This document shows positions 42,849 to 54,574 of a stretch of DNA of 64,000 bases, piece after piece. Numbering within the stretch: the stretch's first letter is position 1; every line of letters begins with the position of its first letter. This DNA comes from Octopus sinensis. Taxonomy: Eukaryota. The position numbers and the translations under genes are program-made. The stretch spans positions 130,820,001 through 130,884,000 of the forward strand of contig NC_043001.1 of assembly GCF_006345805.1 (NCBI RefSeq), in the 5' to 3' direction. The notes under the pieces are model-generated. The model made no database searches and was not told where the DNA came from. It was given only the letters and a program-made list of their open reading frames with translations.

Positions 42849-43119
42849 GCAATGACCTCTAATAGTATGGTGTTATATGCACCCAATGACCTACCATATG
42901 GCATTTTATGAACTGAGTGACCTTTCATGATGCAAATTCAATGACCTATCCTACGGTATAATATGAACTTGATGACCTGTTATATGATATAATATGAACT
43001 TGATGACCTATCATACAATATAACATGAACACAATGACGTATCATATGATTATGATCTGCACTCAGTGACCTATATCATATGAACTCAATGTTGTATCAT
43101 ATGATATGATGAGCTCAAT
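42849..43119. repeat. Diverged minisatellite with a unit of about 31 bp (CAATGACCTATCATATGATATAATATGAACT-like)
   Basis: About 9 diverged units, each anchored on TGACCT/TGAACT. Confidence 0.75.
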
Positions 43120-43971
43120 GACTTAAGACGGTATGGTATGAAATCAGTGACCTGCTATTTTATGATAGGATTTAAATTCAGTAACGGATCTTATGTCATA
43201 AAACCAACAACTAGTATACCAGTCATGACCTAAGACGGTATGGTATGAAATCAGTGACCTGCTATTTTATGATAGGATTTGAATCAGTAACGGATCTATG
43301 TCATAAAACCAACAACTAGTATATACCAGTCATGACCTAAGACGGTATGGTATGAATCAGTGACCTGCTATTTTATGATAGGATTTAAATTCAGTAACGG
43401 ATCTTATGTCATAAAACCAACAACTAGTATACCAGTCATGACCTAAGACGGTATGGTATGAAATCAGTGACCTGCTATTTTATGATAGGATTTAAATCAG
43501 TAACGGATCTTATGTCATAAAACCAACAACTAGTATACCAGTCATGACCTAAGACGGTTGGTATGAAATCAGTGACCTGCTATTTTATGATAGGATTTGA
43601 TTCAGTAACGGATCTTATGTCATAAAACCAACAACTAGTATACCAGTCATGACCTAAGACGGTATGGTATGAAATCAGTGACCTGCTATTTTATGATAGG
43701 ATTTGAATTCAGTAACGGATCTTATGTCATAAAACCAACAACTAGTATACCAGTCATGACCTAAGACGGTATGGTATGAAATCAGTGACCTGCTATTTTA
43801 TGATAGGATTTGAATTCAGTAACGGATCTTATGTCATAAAACCAACAACTAGTATACCAGTCATGACCTAAGACGGTATGGTATGAAATCAGTGACCTGC
43901 TATTTTATGATAGGATTTGAATTCAGTAACAGATCTTATATCATAAAACCAACAACTAGTATACCAGTCAT
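43120..43971. repeat. Tandem array, 8 near-identical copies of a 107-bp unit
   Basis: Units start at 43120, 43227, 43334, 43440, 43546, 43651, 43758 and 43865. Confidence 0.95.
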
Positions 43972-44244
43972 ATGATGTGAATCGCCCATACAATAGTCGA
44001 ATACTTTATCGTTTAAGCAACTTTGTTTCCATGGATGGCTTTTTGATACACCCTATTATGCATATACATACGATTACACATATATTCATCACAACATCAA
44101 CATCAACGCACCGCCATGCTAATTGCATGTACACACATAGAAACATTTATAATACATGCTCCATTTCCTATTCAAAATACCCCTTTTCCAGTTCACCTTT
44201 ATTCTTAAAAGCCTTACCCTCCACCATGACAGCAATGACAAAAA

Positions 44245-44790
44245 CGATGACGACGACGACGACGACGACCACCACCACCACCACCACCACCACCACCGCT
44301 ACCACCACAACCACCACCACCACCACCACTACCACCACCACCACCGCTACCACCACAACCACCACCACCACCGCTACCACCACAACCACCACCACCAACA
44401 CTACCACCAAAACACCACACACTACCACCACCACCACCACTACCACCACCAAAACCACCACGCTACCAACCACAACCACCACCACCCACCACTACCACAC
44501 CACCACCCTAACCACCACAACCACCACCACCACGCTACCACCACAACCACCACAACCACCACCAACCACTACACCACCACCACCGCTACCACCACAACCA
44601 CCACCACCACCGCTACCACCACAACCACCACCACCACCGCTACCACCACAACCACCACCACCAACACTACCACCACCACCACCACCACCACCACCACCAC
44701 CACCACCACCTCCACTACCGCTACCACCACAACCACCACCACCAACACTACCACCACCACCACCACTACCACCACCACCACCACAACTTT
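44245..44790. repeat. (ACG)n/(ACC)n degenerate trinucleotide tract
   Basis: Direct reading. It accounts for the poly-T, poly-P and poly-H ORFs. Confidence 0.9.
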
Positions 44791-45802
44791 CACCTCATCA
44801 TGGCGTTATTTCCCTCATTTTCCACCAGACAAACCATATCAAACCCTGTTACATCTCTCAGTTGTTTCTTCCTCCTTGTCAAGATACCACTCCAGTACCC
44901 CTTTCCTCACACTACCCTAAATAGCATCTTTTCTCAATCTCCCTCTCAGACTCCATCACCATATTACCATCTCTCTCTCTCTCTCTCTTGCCCTCTTCTT
45001 TCTTTCTCTTCCCAACACTCTCACACCCATTAATACTCTATCTCTTACTCATTTATGATCAGGTTCTTCCTTTCACAATATAAGAAACTTCTCTCGCTCT
45101 CTCTTATTCATTTCCCCTCTCCTAGTTCATCTATCTATCAACAGACCAGGTTCCCCAATTCAAAATACCACTAGAAAACTATCTTTCTTACTCTATTCTA
45201 TTCTATTCTATTCTATTCTATCGTCATCTCTCACTTCGTCACTCTTTTGTTATCTCCTTCTTCCCTCCTTACCCCCAGCCTATTTCCTATCTATGATCCA
45301 TGTTCCTTTTTACAAAACATCAATATAAAGTTATTTTTCACTCCCATCTTTACTCCCATCAACCTTTCTGCCACACTCTCTCTCACTTTGTCTCCCTTTC
45401 TCCCTCTTGCTCTCTCTCTCTCTCTCATTCATTCCTCTTCTTTCTCTGGTACCCTCATTGCCCTTCTTACTCACTCAACCCCCCAACTACCTACCTACCT
45501 ATGGAATAGAATATTCATTTTGAAATAACATATGAAAGCTGTCAAAGTTAAGTGTAATGAGACAAAAAGAAGTTAAAGCATATCTTGCCACTTGCAACAA
45601 TTATGACATGTCGTAGCCAATTATCACTGGTAAATCAATAACCACTTCTTCTCCAATCATAATCCCAGTGAATGGCAAGGTGATGTGATGGGATTATAGA
45701 TATACATATATATATAGAGGATTTTATATATATATATATATATATACATACATATATATACATATACACATATATATATATACATATATATATGTATATG
45801 TT

Positions 45803-45835
<33 letters not shown>

Positions 45836-46234
45836 ATAGATAGAGGATTGTATAAACTATATATGTTGTAAATGTATACGCCTCTCCCCAATATGTGTGT
45901 GTGTGTATATATCATCATCATCATCATCATCGTTTAACGTCCGTTCTCCATGCTAGCATGGGTTGGAAGGTTCGACCGGGGTTCTGGGAAGCCAGAAGGC
46001 TGCACCAGGCTCCAGTCTAATCTGGCAATGTTTCTACAGCTGGATGCCCTTCCTAACGCCAACCACTCCGTGAGTGTAGTGGGTGCTTTTTACGTGCCAC
46101 CTGCACAGGTGCCAGGCGAGGCTGGCAACGGCCACGGTCGGATTGGTGTATTTTATGTGCCACCGGCACGGAAGCCAGTCGAGGCGGTGCTGGCATCGGC
46201 CACGAGTCGGTATATATATATATATATATATATA

Positions 46235-46491
46235 CCGGAGTAAACACATAAATGTGAAACAAGGTGGAAAAAAAGAGTACTCAAATACCAGTGGTAGAGT
46301 AATATGCTTTATTTAAAGCAGCAGAAAATTCAACAAAATCTGTTACTCTGAGTTTCTCGTTGCCATTCAGCAGACAGTTTTTGTTAGAATGGAACTGATA
46401 TCGGTTCCATTCCAACAAAAACTGTCTGATGAATGGCAACGAGAAACTCAGAGTAACAGATTTTGTTGAATTTTCTGCTGCTTTAAATAAA

Positions 46492-46492
<1 letters not shown>
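46235..46492. mobile_element. Palindromic hammerhead element, family H2 (complete)
   Basis: Near-perfect inverted repeat at 46307-46492 plus a one-sided tail of about 70 bp, within (TA)n. Confidence 0.75.
46422..46459 (+). ncRNA. Minimal type-I hammerhead ribozyme-like motif
   Basis: ctgt-CTGATGA-atggcaacga-GAAAC-tcaga-GT-A-acag. The core is intact, helix I is ctgt/acag and helix III is near-palindromic, but helix II is weak. Confidence 0.6.
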
Positions 46493-46528
<36 letters not shown>

Positions 46529-46534
46529 TATATA

Positions 46535-46761
46535 GGTTCAGTAAAATTTAGATTCAGATGAAAATGGTACTTAAGTTGAAGGCACCAGAATTTAGTATGG
46601 TAATATCCATATAATTTAAACTAAGGTGATTATAATCAAAATAAACAACAAGGATATCCAGAAGTAGTGTAGTACGATCGTTTCATGCAACTTCAATTAA
46701 ATAGAGTCACATGAAAAGATCATACTGCATTACCTCTGGATATCCTTGTTGCTTATTTTGA
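46535..46761. mobile_element. Palindromic element, family H4 (only the hammerhead 3' half retained)
   Basis: Inverted repeat at 46636-46761. The minus arm reads GAAAC-gatc-GT-A-ctac. A tail lies on the left and both flanks are (TA)n. Confidence 0.6.
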
Positions 46762-47119
46762 GTATATATATACATACACACACACATATATATGTTTGTA
46801 TATATGTAAAGGTAAGATCCAAGGATCAAGGTGTAGGAAGTTAGTAAGCTTCAAGCAATCTGTAGAAGGTATAAAAAAAACAACATTCATGAACAATAGT
46901 AGTTTATTGGTATCGAATGTTGTAAATTTTTCCCATATCAAAAGTTCAATAAGCTGAAAAGGTGATTTTATAGTTTACAGTTACCAATTGAGTTTGCTGT
47001 GTATGCAAATAAAAACCCAAATTTCAAGAATGGATCAAATTTATGGAATGGAGTATTTGCTCCATTCCCTAAATTTGGATTTTTCCTCTGTCTTCCCTTC
47101 TCTGGATCTTTCCTTCTCC

Positions 47120-47260
47120 TATGTTTCCGACGAAGAGCTCCACTCAAAACATTAAACCCTCCTTCTTCCCTTCTTTCCTGAGCGTCCAATAATACTATAT
47201 TTGTTACACGTCCTCACGTTGTTGTGATTTTTTGCATTTTCTTGTTTGGATCAACTTTAT
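47120..47260 (+). mobile_element. One-sided hammerhead-like pLTR fragment, family H6 (second copy at 19696-19822)
   Basis: gttt-CCGACGA-agagctccactc-AAAACATT-aaac here, and GAGCTCCGCTC-GAAACGTT at about 19698-19716. The two copies share a tail of about 110 bp ending in (TA)n. Confidence 0.55.
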
Positions 47261-47379
47261 ATATATATATATACGTTTATATATTTGTTTGCAAAATTTT
47301 TTATTGGCTAAACTGGCAAAATGACCATTCCAAAATATAACAATATATATATATATTATATATATATATATATATATAA

Positions 47380-47411
<32 letters not shown>

Positions 47412-47419
47412 AATAAATA

Positions 47420-47743
47420 TTAGGGAATAAATCCAAATTTACAAGGAAAAATCAGATTTAAGATTGAATCCAATTTTATAATGAAATATTATATTATATC
47501 AAATTAGAGACAAAACCACTATTATGCAAATCAAACAAAGAAAGACTTAAGCCAATACATAAAATAATTATATAAATTAAAATTTAACATATGAATAACC
47601 ACTACGATCGTTTCGCGTCAGCACATCGTAGTGGTTATTCATATGTTAAATTTTAATTTATATAAATTATTTTATGTATTGGCTTAAGTCTTTCTTTGTT
47701 TGATTTGCATAATAGTGGTTTTGTCTCTAATTTGATATAATAT
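47420..47743. mobile_element. Palindromic element, family H5
   Basis: Near-perfect inverted repeat at 47491-47743 with arms of about 115 bp. The centre retains GAAAC-gatc-GT-A on the minus strand. Confidence 0.65.
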
Positions 47744-48471
47744 ATATATATATATATATGTATATATATGTCAATGTTATGTATGTTAAATTATAATGTT
47801 ATAAACAGCAAACATTCACTAGATAAAGTTGTAAGCTGCTACAGATGAAATTAGAGGTCCCAGTCCACCCATTTTGTGTAATACACACACATGCACACAC
47901 ACATATATATATATACATATATACATGTACACATATATATCCACATATATATACATACATATTCATACACACTGCAAAATATTGATGATGATGATGATGG
48001 TGGTGGTGGCGATGATGAGTTGTAGAGCACCTGAGCAATGTATATAAGGTAATTATAATTATGATATGAGATATATATGCATGTGTGTGTGGAGGGGTGG
48101 GGTAGTAAAAAAAGTTACCTCAAAATCATTGTCACCTCTTTTTGGGGCAGTTTTTAAATAAATATTAAACCTTAATTCATATACTGAGACCTATATGTAG
48201 TGATTTAAAATGAGAGGACATAATCTGAGGGTAGTTTGATTCGTCCAGGAAATTTTTTGATATTCTTTACTTTACTTACTTGTTTCAGTCATTTGACTGC
48301 GGCCATGCTGGAGCACCGCCTTTAGTCGAGCAAATCGACCCCGGGACTTATTCTTTGTAAGCCCAGTACTTATTCTCTCGGTCTCTTTTGCCAAACCGCT
48401 AAGTGACGGGGATGTAAACACACCAGCATCGGTTGTCAAGCAATGCTAGGGGGACAAACACAGACACACAA

Positions 48472-48516
<45 letters not shown>

Positions 48517-49197
48517 TACGACATTCTTCTTTCAGTTTCCGTCTACCAAATCCACTCACAAGGCATTGGTTGGCCCGGGGCTATAGCAGAAGACACTTGC
48601 CCAAGATGCCACGCAGTGGGACTGAACCCGGAACTATGTGGCTGGTTAAAAACCATGGGACCAATGAAATCACCCATTAGCTCTTATGTGTATGTATCTT
48701 TTATCTTGTTTCTTTTTATCTTTTACTTGTTTCAGTCATTTGACTGTGACCATGCTGGGGCACTGCCTTGAAGAGATTTACTCAAACAAATCAAGCCGAA
48801 GTCTTATGTCTTTAAGCCTAGTATTTATTCTATCTGTCACTTTTGCTAGTTGTCATGGGGTGGTGGGGGACATGAAATCACACACACATGCATACATACA
48901 TACATACATACAGACAGACAGACAGACGTATGTACGTACGTATGTATGTATGTATGTATGTATGTATGTATGCATGTATGTATGTACTTGTGTGTCTGTG
49001 TTTGTCCCCTCACCATCACTTGACAACTGCTGCTGGTGTGTTTACATCTCTGTAACTTAACAGTTCAGCAAAAGTGACCAATAGAATAAGTACTTGGCTT
49101 ACAAAGAATGAGTCCTGGGGTCAATTTGTTCAACTAAAGGCAGTGCTCCAGCATGGCCACAGTCAAATGACTGGAACAAGTAAAAGAATAAAAGAAT

Positions 49198-49237
<40 letters not shown>

Positions 49238-50201
49238 GGTAGGTATTTCTAGTTTCTATCAAATTCACTCAAAGGGGCATTGGTTAAGATAAGTAGTAAA
49301 ACACTCTTGCCTAAGGTTCTGTGCAATAGGACAGAACCTGTGACAACATGGCTGCAAAGCAAACTTCTTAACCATAAAGCTACTCCTGTGCCTTATGTGT
49401 GTGCATACATATATATATATATATATATATAATTTTATATAAGTATGATGGTACAACGCATGTATTTCTTGTTACGTACCAGGCATAGATGGATTTTTAC
49501 ACACACACATGCACACACACATGCATACACAGACATCCACACACACATGCATACACACTCAGAGACATACCAGAGACACACACACACACACACACACATG
49601 TAAATAAATGCACCTACATACTTTCATGTTAGATACACTAGTATTAATTTTACATATGTCTACTGATGCCCATTTTAGATGGCGTGTGTGTGTGTGTGTG
49701 TGGCAGATGGGTGGGTGGGTGGTAGTAGGAATGTCTAAGTGATATGTACGAAGGCGTTTCCATTAACTTTGAAGAAATCAATGGAGCAATTACCATATTT
49801 ACAAAGGCGCCATTAGTTTACAATGTAAAGTATTGAAGTTATCTTCAGGATGATATCAATCACAAACTAAACGAGCAGTCCATGATTGATCCTGACGGTA
49901 AATTTGGGGTCAAAGGCCATCTTGAGATGCAACACTCTCTACTTTCAAGGTAAGTGACCTTCTCACTCAAATGGATGGCGCTTTGCATATTACGTGAAAT
50001 CAGAGAGGTAGAAACAGAGAGTAACAAAGCATCCAGCAATGCTTTTCTTTTAGTGGAGAATCAACCTGTGCTTTCTCTCAAACATGGTTCAAGATCTGGG
50101 TAAAACAAAAAAAATTCCCATAGCTGTCACTTGTATTTGAGTATGACTTAGTAGCTTATACCATGTGGTTGCTAATTGTTTTATGGGCCTATGTAGTTAT
50201 G

Positions 50202-50719
50202 GTGGAGGTGCAATGGCCCAGTGGTTAGGGCAGCGGACTCGCGGTCGTAGGATCGCGGTTTTGATTGAGCAGGCTTATGATCAAATGAGTTCAACTGTGA
50301 CAATTTGTCTTTTGTATAAATACATATTATAAGTGCGTGGAGGCGCAATGGCCCAGTGGTTAGGGCAGCGGACTCGCGGTCGTAGGATCGCGGTTTCGAT
50401 TCCCAGACCGGGTGTTGTGAGTGTTTATTGAGCGAAAACACCTAAAGCTCCACGAGGCTCCAGCAGGGGATGGTGGTGATCCCTGCTGTACTCTTTCACC
50501 ACAACTTTCTCTCACTCTTACTTCCTGTTTCTGTTGTACCTGTATTTCAAAGGGCCGGCCTTGTCACTCTCTGTGTCACGCTGAATATCCCCGAGAACTA
50601 CGTTAAGGGTACCCGTGTCTGTGGAGTGCTCAGCCACTTACAAGTTAATTTCACGAGCAGGCTGTTCCGTTGATCGGATCAACCGGAACCCTCGTCGTTG
50701 TAACCGACGGAGTGCTTCC
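50202..50719 (+). mobile_element. Compound SINE C: partial head + captured 73-bp flank + full SINE
   Basis: TSD CCTATGTAGTT(A/G)TG at 50188-50201 and 50720-50733. Confidence 0.85.
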
Positions 50720-51019
50720 CCTATGTAGTTGTGAGAAGACATAGACACTCTCTCAGCTCTTGTATGCCATGATCCTGTTGAACATTTTGGATGTAACAGG
50801 TGATGGGAGAAAGAGCAAACATTTCACCATTATGGTTGTTTGGAGCCCTTTTATGGAATTTCCAAATGCATAAAGATGCTCAACCACAACAAATCTTCAG
50901 GGAACCATTTATTGTATCAAGTTACAGATAATACATAACAAAAACAAACCAATGGTCCTTCCCGGACCATAGGCTCATAAGGCTGGTTCCCCATATTCTG
51001 TGATATGTGTATGTGTGTA

Positions 51020-51060
<41 letters not shown>

Positions 51061-53039
51061 ACACAGTCACACACACATACACACACAAATATTAGCATAT
51101 CCATGTCAACAGCTACAGGATCAAATATGTTCATTCTAATTGTATATATTAAATACTTTTGTGAAATAGAGTTAAATTATTTTTGTGATCTTCTATAGAA
51201 TTCGGAGCCAGTACACTAAGTTATAATGTTTTGTAAACAAATACTTGTATGTAAACAATGCGAGTGAAGATAGAAAATATAGATAATGGGTGTATATACC
51301 TATTTGAAAGATTATTCTTCTTTCATCAGTTCTGTATATTAAATACTCACTGCCAAACCTAGCAAGTATCTAAGCAATGTGTTTGTGAAAAATTGATGCT
51401 GTCATCTCCACAGAAAAATCTATAGAAATAACTTTAAAAATGAAACTATATTACTATTAACAGAGTTTTGACTTATAAACTTATTATATATTTCATAGAG
51501 TATTATGGTTACAAAACGAAATGATTTTGACTTGATAGCAGTTGAATAGAGAAAAATATATGTGATCTATTATTGGTTGTAGCAAATGTCAGAATAACAG
51601 AAAATTGACAATATAGGCACTATCTGTTAAATTGTTCTAATACAGTAGAATATAATCCTAACCCTGCTCTTTGGTCTGAATGTACTTTGTTGAATAGCCT
51701 AAGTGGGACAAGGCAGCTGATATTATGAACGATAAAGGTGTGGTAGACCTCCAGAACTCAAAGATTCTCATTCAAGGATTCTGGAATCCTTGAGTATTGG
51801 AAGTCAATGAATGGACTGTGGAGGGTTTAGTGAATATGATGTAAAGGTGGGTGGAGGTTGTGGTGAAGAGAAGAGATAAAGAAAAAGTGGGGTGAGATGT
51901 ACATTAGAAGTTCAACTGACCTCACATAATCTAGGTTGTTAGTCAGTTTATATTTGTGAAAAAGAGACTTTTGAATCCCCCTCTCTATATATATATATAT
52001 ATATGTGTGTGTATGTATGTATGCATGTGTATCAATATACCTTCACATATACATATGTACACACCTATACAATTTATGTCTGTCCATTATTCATCCATAT
52101 TTACATACAGTATTATCAAACTTTACCTCCATGTGTCGTCAATCAACATATCTATCCCCCATTCAATTTATCTATTTATTTCTACTATTCATTCATTCAT
52201 TCATTCATACATTCATCTATCCATCCAGCCATCTACCCAGTTACCATTATATATGAATAGATTACTCTCAGGAAAGTTTTGTTAACTGGGGCTGAATTCT
52301 AGATGAAGATCCACTTTAAATTTTGTCCAATTGTTTCCATTTTCTAAGAATTCAAAAAGACACTCAAAATAAATATAAAATAAAATAAATATTGATGGAA
52401 ATATGAAAGCTGTGCATGAAATGCTGTAATTACAGCAAAGAAGATATAGGTTCCTTCAGTTTTCCAATTTCTATATTCATCTTTTATTATTGCTTTGATA
52501 CTGATTCAATTAAATTACATTTGGTTTTGTTGCTATTGTATATATACAATATATATACAATTACATTGAAAGCAAATTTATCTAATCATAATACACAGTT
52601 TGACTTGATGCTGACCTGATATTTTTAAGGTGTCATCCTCATTCAAACTTCATGGATGCAGGCATAGCTGTGTGGTTAACTTACTTTGCATTGTAACTAC
52701 ATGACTTTGGGTACTGCTGCTAGGCTCCTTGGCCAAATATCTTCCATCATAGACTCAGTTTAACTGAAGCATTTTTGAATAAAATTCGTTAAGTGGAACC
52801 TATATGAAAACCTGTTGTAGGGAGTGTTCTTGATAAGGGCAACAGACATATATGGTTGTCCTGTTGCCCATAGCCAACACCTGGCCCTTAGGGGCAAACA
52901 TTTACATCAGTTCACTGGTCTAACAGTGACTTCCTTCTTCTAACCTGCCTCAGTCTCTGACAAAAGCAAATAGGTACTGCATTTCTTCTTCAATAAAGCT
53001 ACATACATGCCCTCCCCACTCTCTCTCTCTCACACATAC

Positions 53040-53455
53040 ACTTACTTATTTGTACTTGTGACAGCATTCACCCAGGGTGGGTTGAGCCGGCTTCTCCTCT
53101 GGTCCTGACGGCATCATGAACCATGGCAGCCCACGCTCGATGGTCCTGTGCAAGGTCACTGGACATAGCAAGCCATTCACGGTTCCATCTGTGCACACCG
53201 ACCACCTGCAGAGCTCATTGACAGATATGTCTACAATGGTTTATGTTCTATCCTTGTAGTCCCCTTATGCTCAATTCTGAATGAGGGCTCTGTATATCAT
53301 AATGGCATTGTCTATACTTAAACATAGGTGAGATGCATAAGGTAGCAAGCTTCCACCGGCATGGGTCAATCTGATACAATTTTTTTTGCTCCTGCCCAAC
53401 TGGTCCTCATCCATTTGAGGTCTTCCTGGAATGATCAGTGCATTGTGTTCTAGGG
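53040..53455 (-). mobile_element. RTE-like LINE 3' end of a second family
   Basis: Minus-strand translation RWNREWLAMSSDLAQDHRAWAAMVHDAV...EAGSTHPG*, followed by a CAAGTA/TAAG tail. Confidence 0.7.
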
Positions 53456-54574
53456 ACACACACACACACATATGTATACATGTATATTTTGTATATAAAC
53501 GTATATATATGAAATGGGATTCTATCAGTTTTGACTGCCAAATCCACTCATAAACCTTTGGTTGGCCCAGGACTGCAGTAAAAGTCACTTGTCCAAAATG
53601 CTGCACAATAAGACCAAACACAAAAGCTAAGTGGTTGGAAAGCAAACTTCTTAACCATACAGTGATGCCTGTGCATCATTCATCCATCCATCCATCTATC
53701 TTTCAATCTGTCTGTATACACACACACACACACGTAGGTATATGCACATGCATAGATGTGTATACAGACTTACATTTATATATTATGTATGTATATGTAT
53801 GTATTATGATATGTATGTAAGTAAGTATATGTGGAGAGACAGAGAGTGTGGGAAGAGAATGAAAAGCAGAGTACAAGTGAGTTGCAAAAGCATCTGTGAA
53901 TTAAAATCAATATATATGTATATAAAGGCATACACTGGTAGACATTTAATAGAAATGGACATTGAATGCCAGGTGAAGGAGGTGAGAGTACCTGTGGCAA
54001 AAGAAGACTGCAGAAGACATGTAAAAGAAGGGATCAGGCAAGATATGAGAATGTTGAGCTTAAGACAAACAATAACAAAAGATTACGACAAACAGCAATA
54101 TATTGTAAGACAGACTGACATATAATTCAAATCAACAAAGAAAAATAGACATCACTTATACACGATGACGATGATGATGATGATGATGATTATTGCATAA
54201 GTAAATATATATGTATATGACAGCATGCTAGTAGGCCTCACAATAAACCTTGTTAAAACTCTCACTCTTTATCAGTCTTGTGCTGGAAAGCATCAGATAT
54301 CCTAAACCAGCAATGAATGTTAAAACTTTGAAAAATGTATCTCCCTTCAAATATGCTGGTAGCTTGTTAAGCAAGAATGCAGACCCATGGTGACAAAATA
54401 AAAAAAAAAATCAGAATACAGAAGACATGAGTATCTTTGGGGAAAATTGCAAACTTTACTACTGTCTAACATCATATAAAAATATTAATTCTAAATTTTG
54501 GCACAAGGCCTGCAATTTTGGGACAGGGAGTAAGTCAATGACACCAACCCCCCATAATCAACTGCTACTTATTT

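Noticed and set aside
43120-43971. CRISPR-like regular array
   Set aside because: Units are identical end to end with no unique spacers, the context is eukaryotic, and there are no cas genes.
43977-44924. 315-aa Thr/Pro-rich ORF (mucin- or formin-like)
   Set aside because: It is open only because of the (ACC)n tract, is open in several frames on both strands, and has no splice or domain support.
49745-50070. Possible mariner 5' end (TACGAAGG...)
   Set aside because: No matching second TIR or readable transposase motif.
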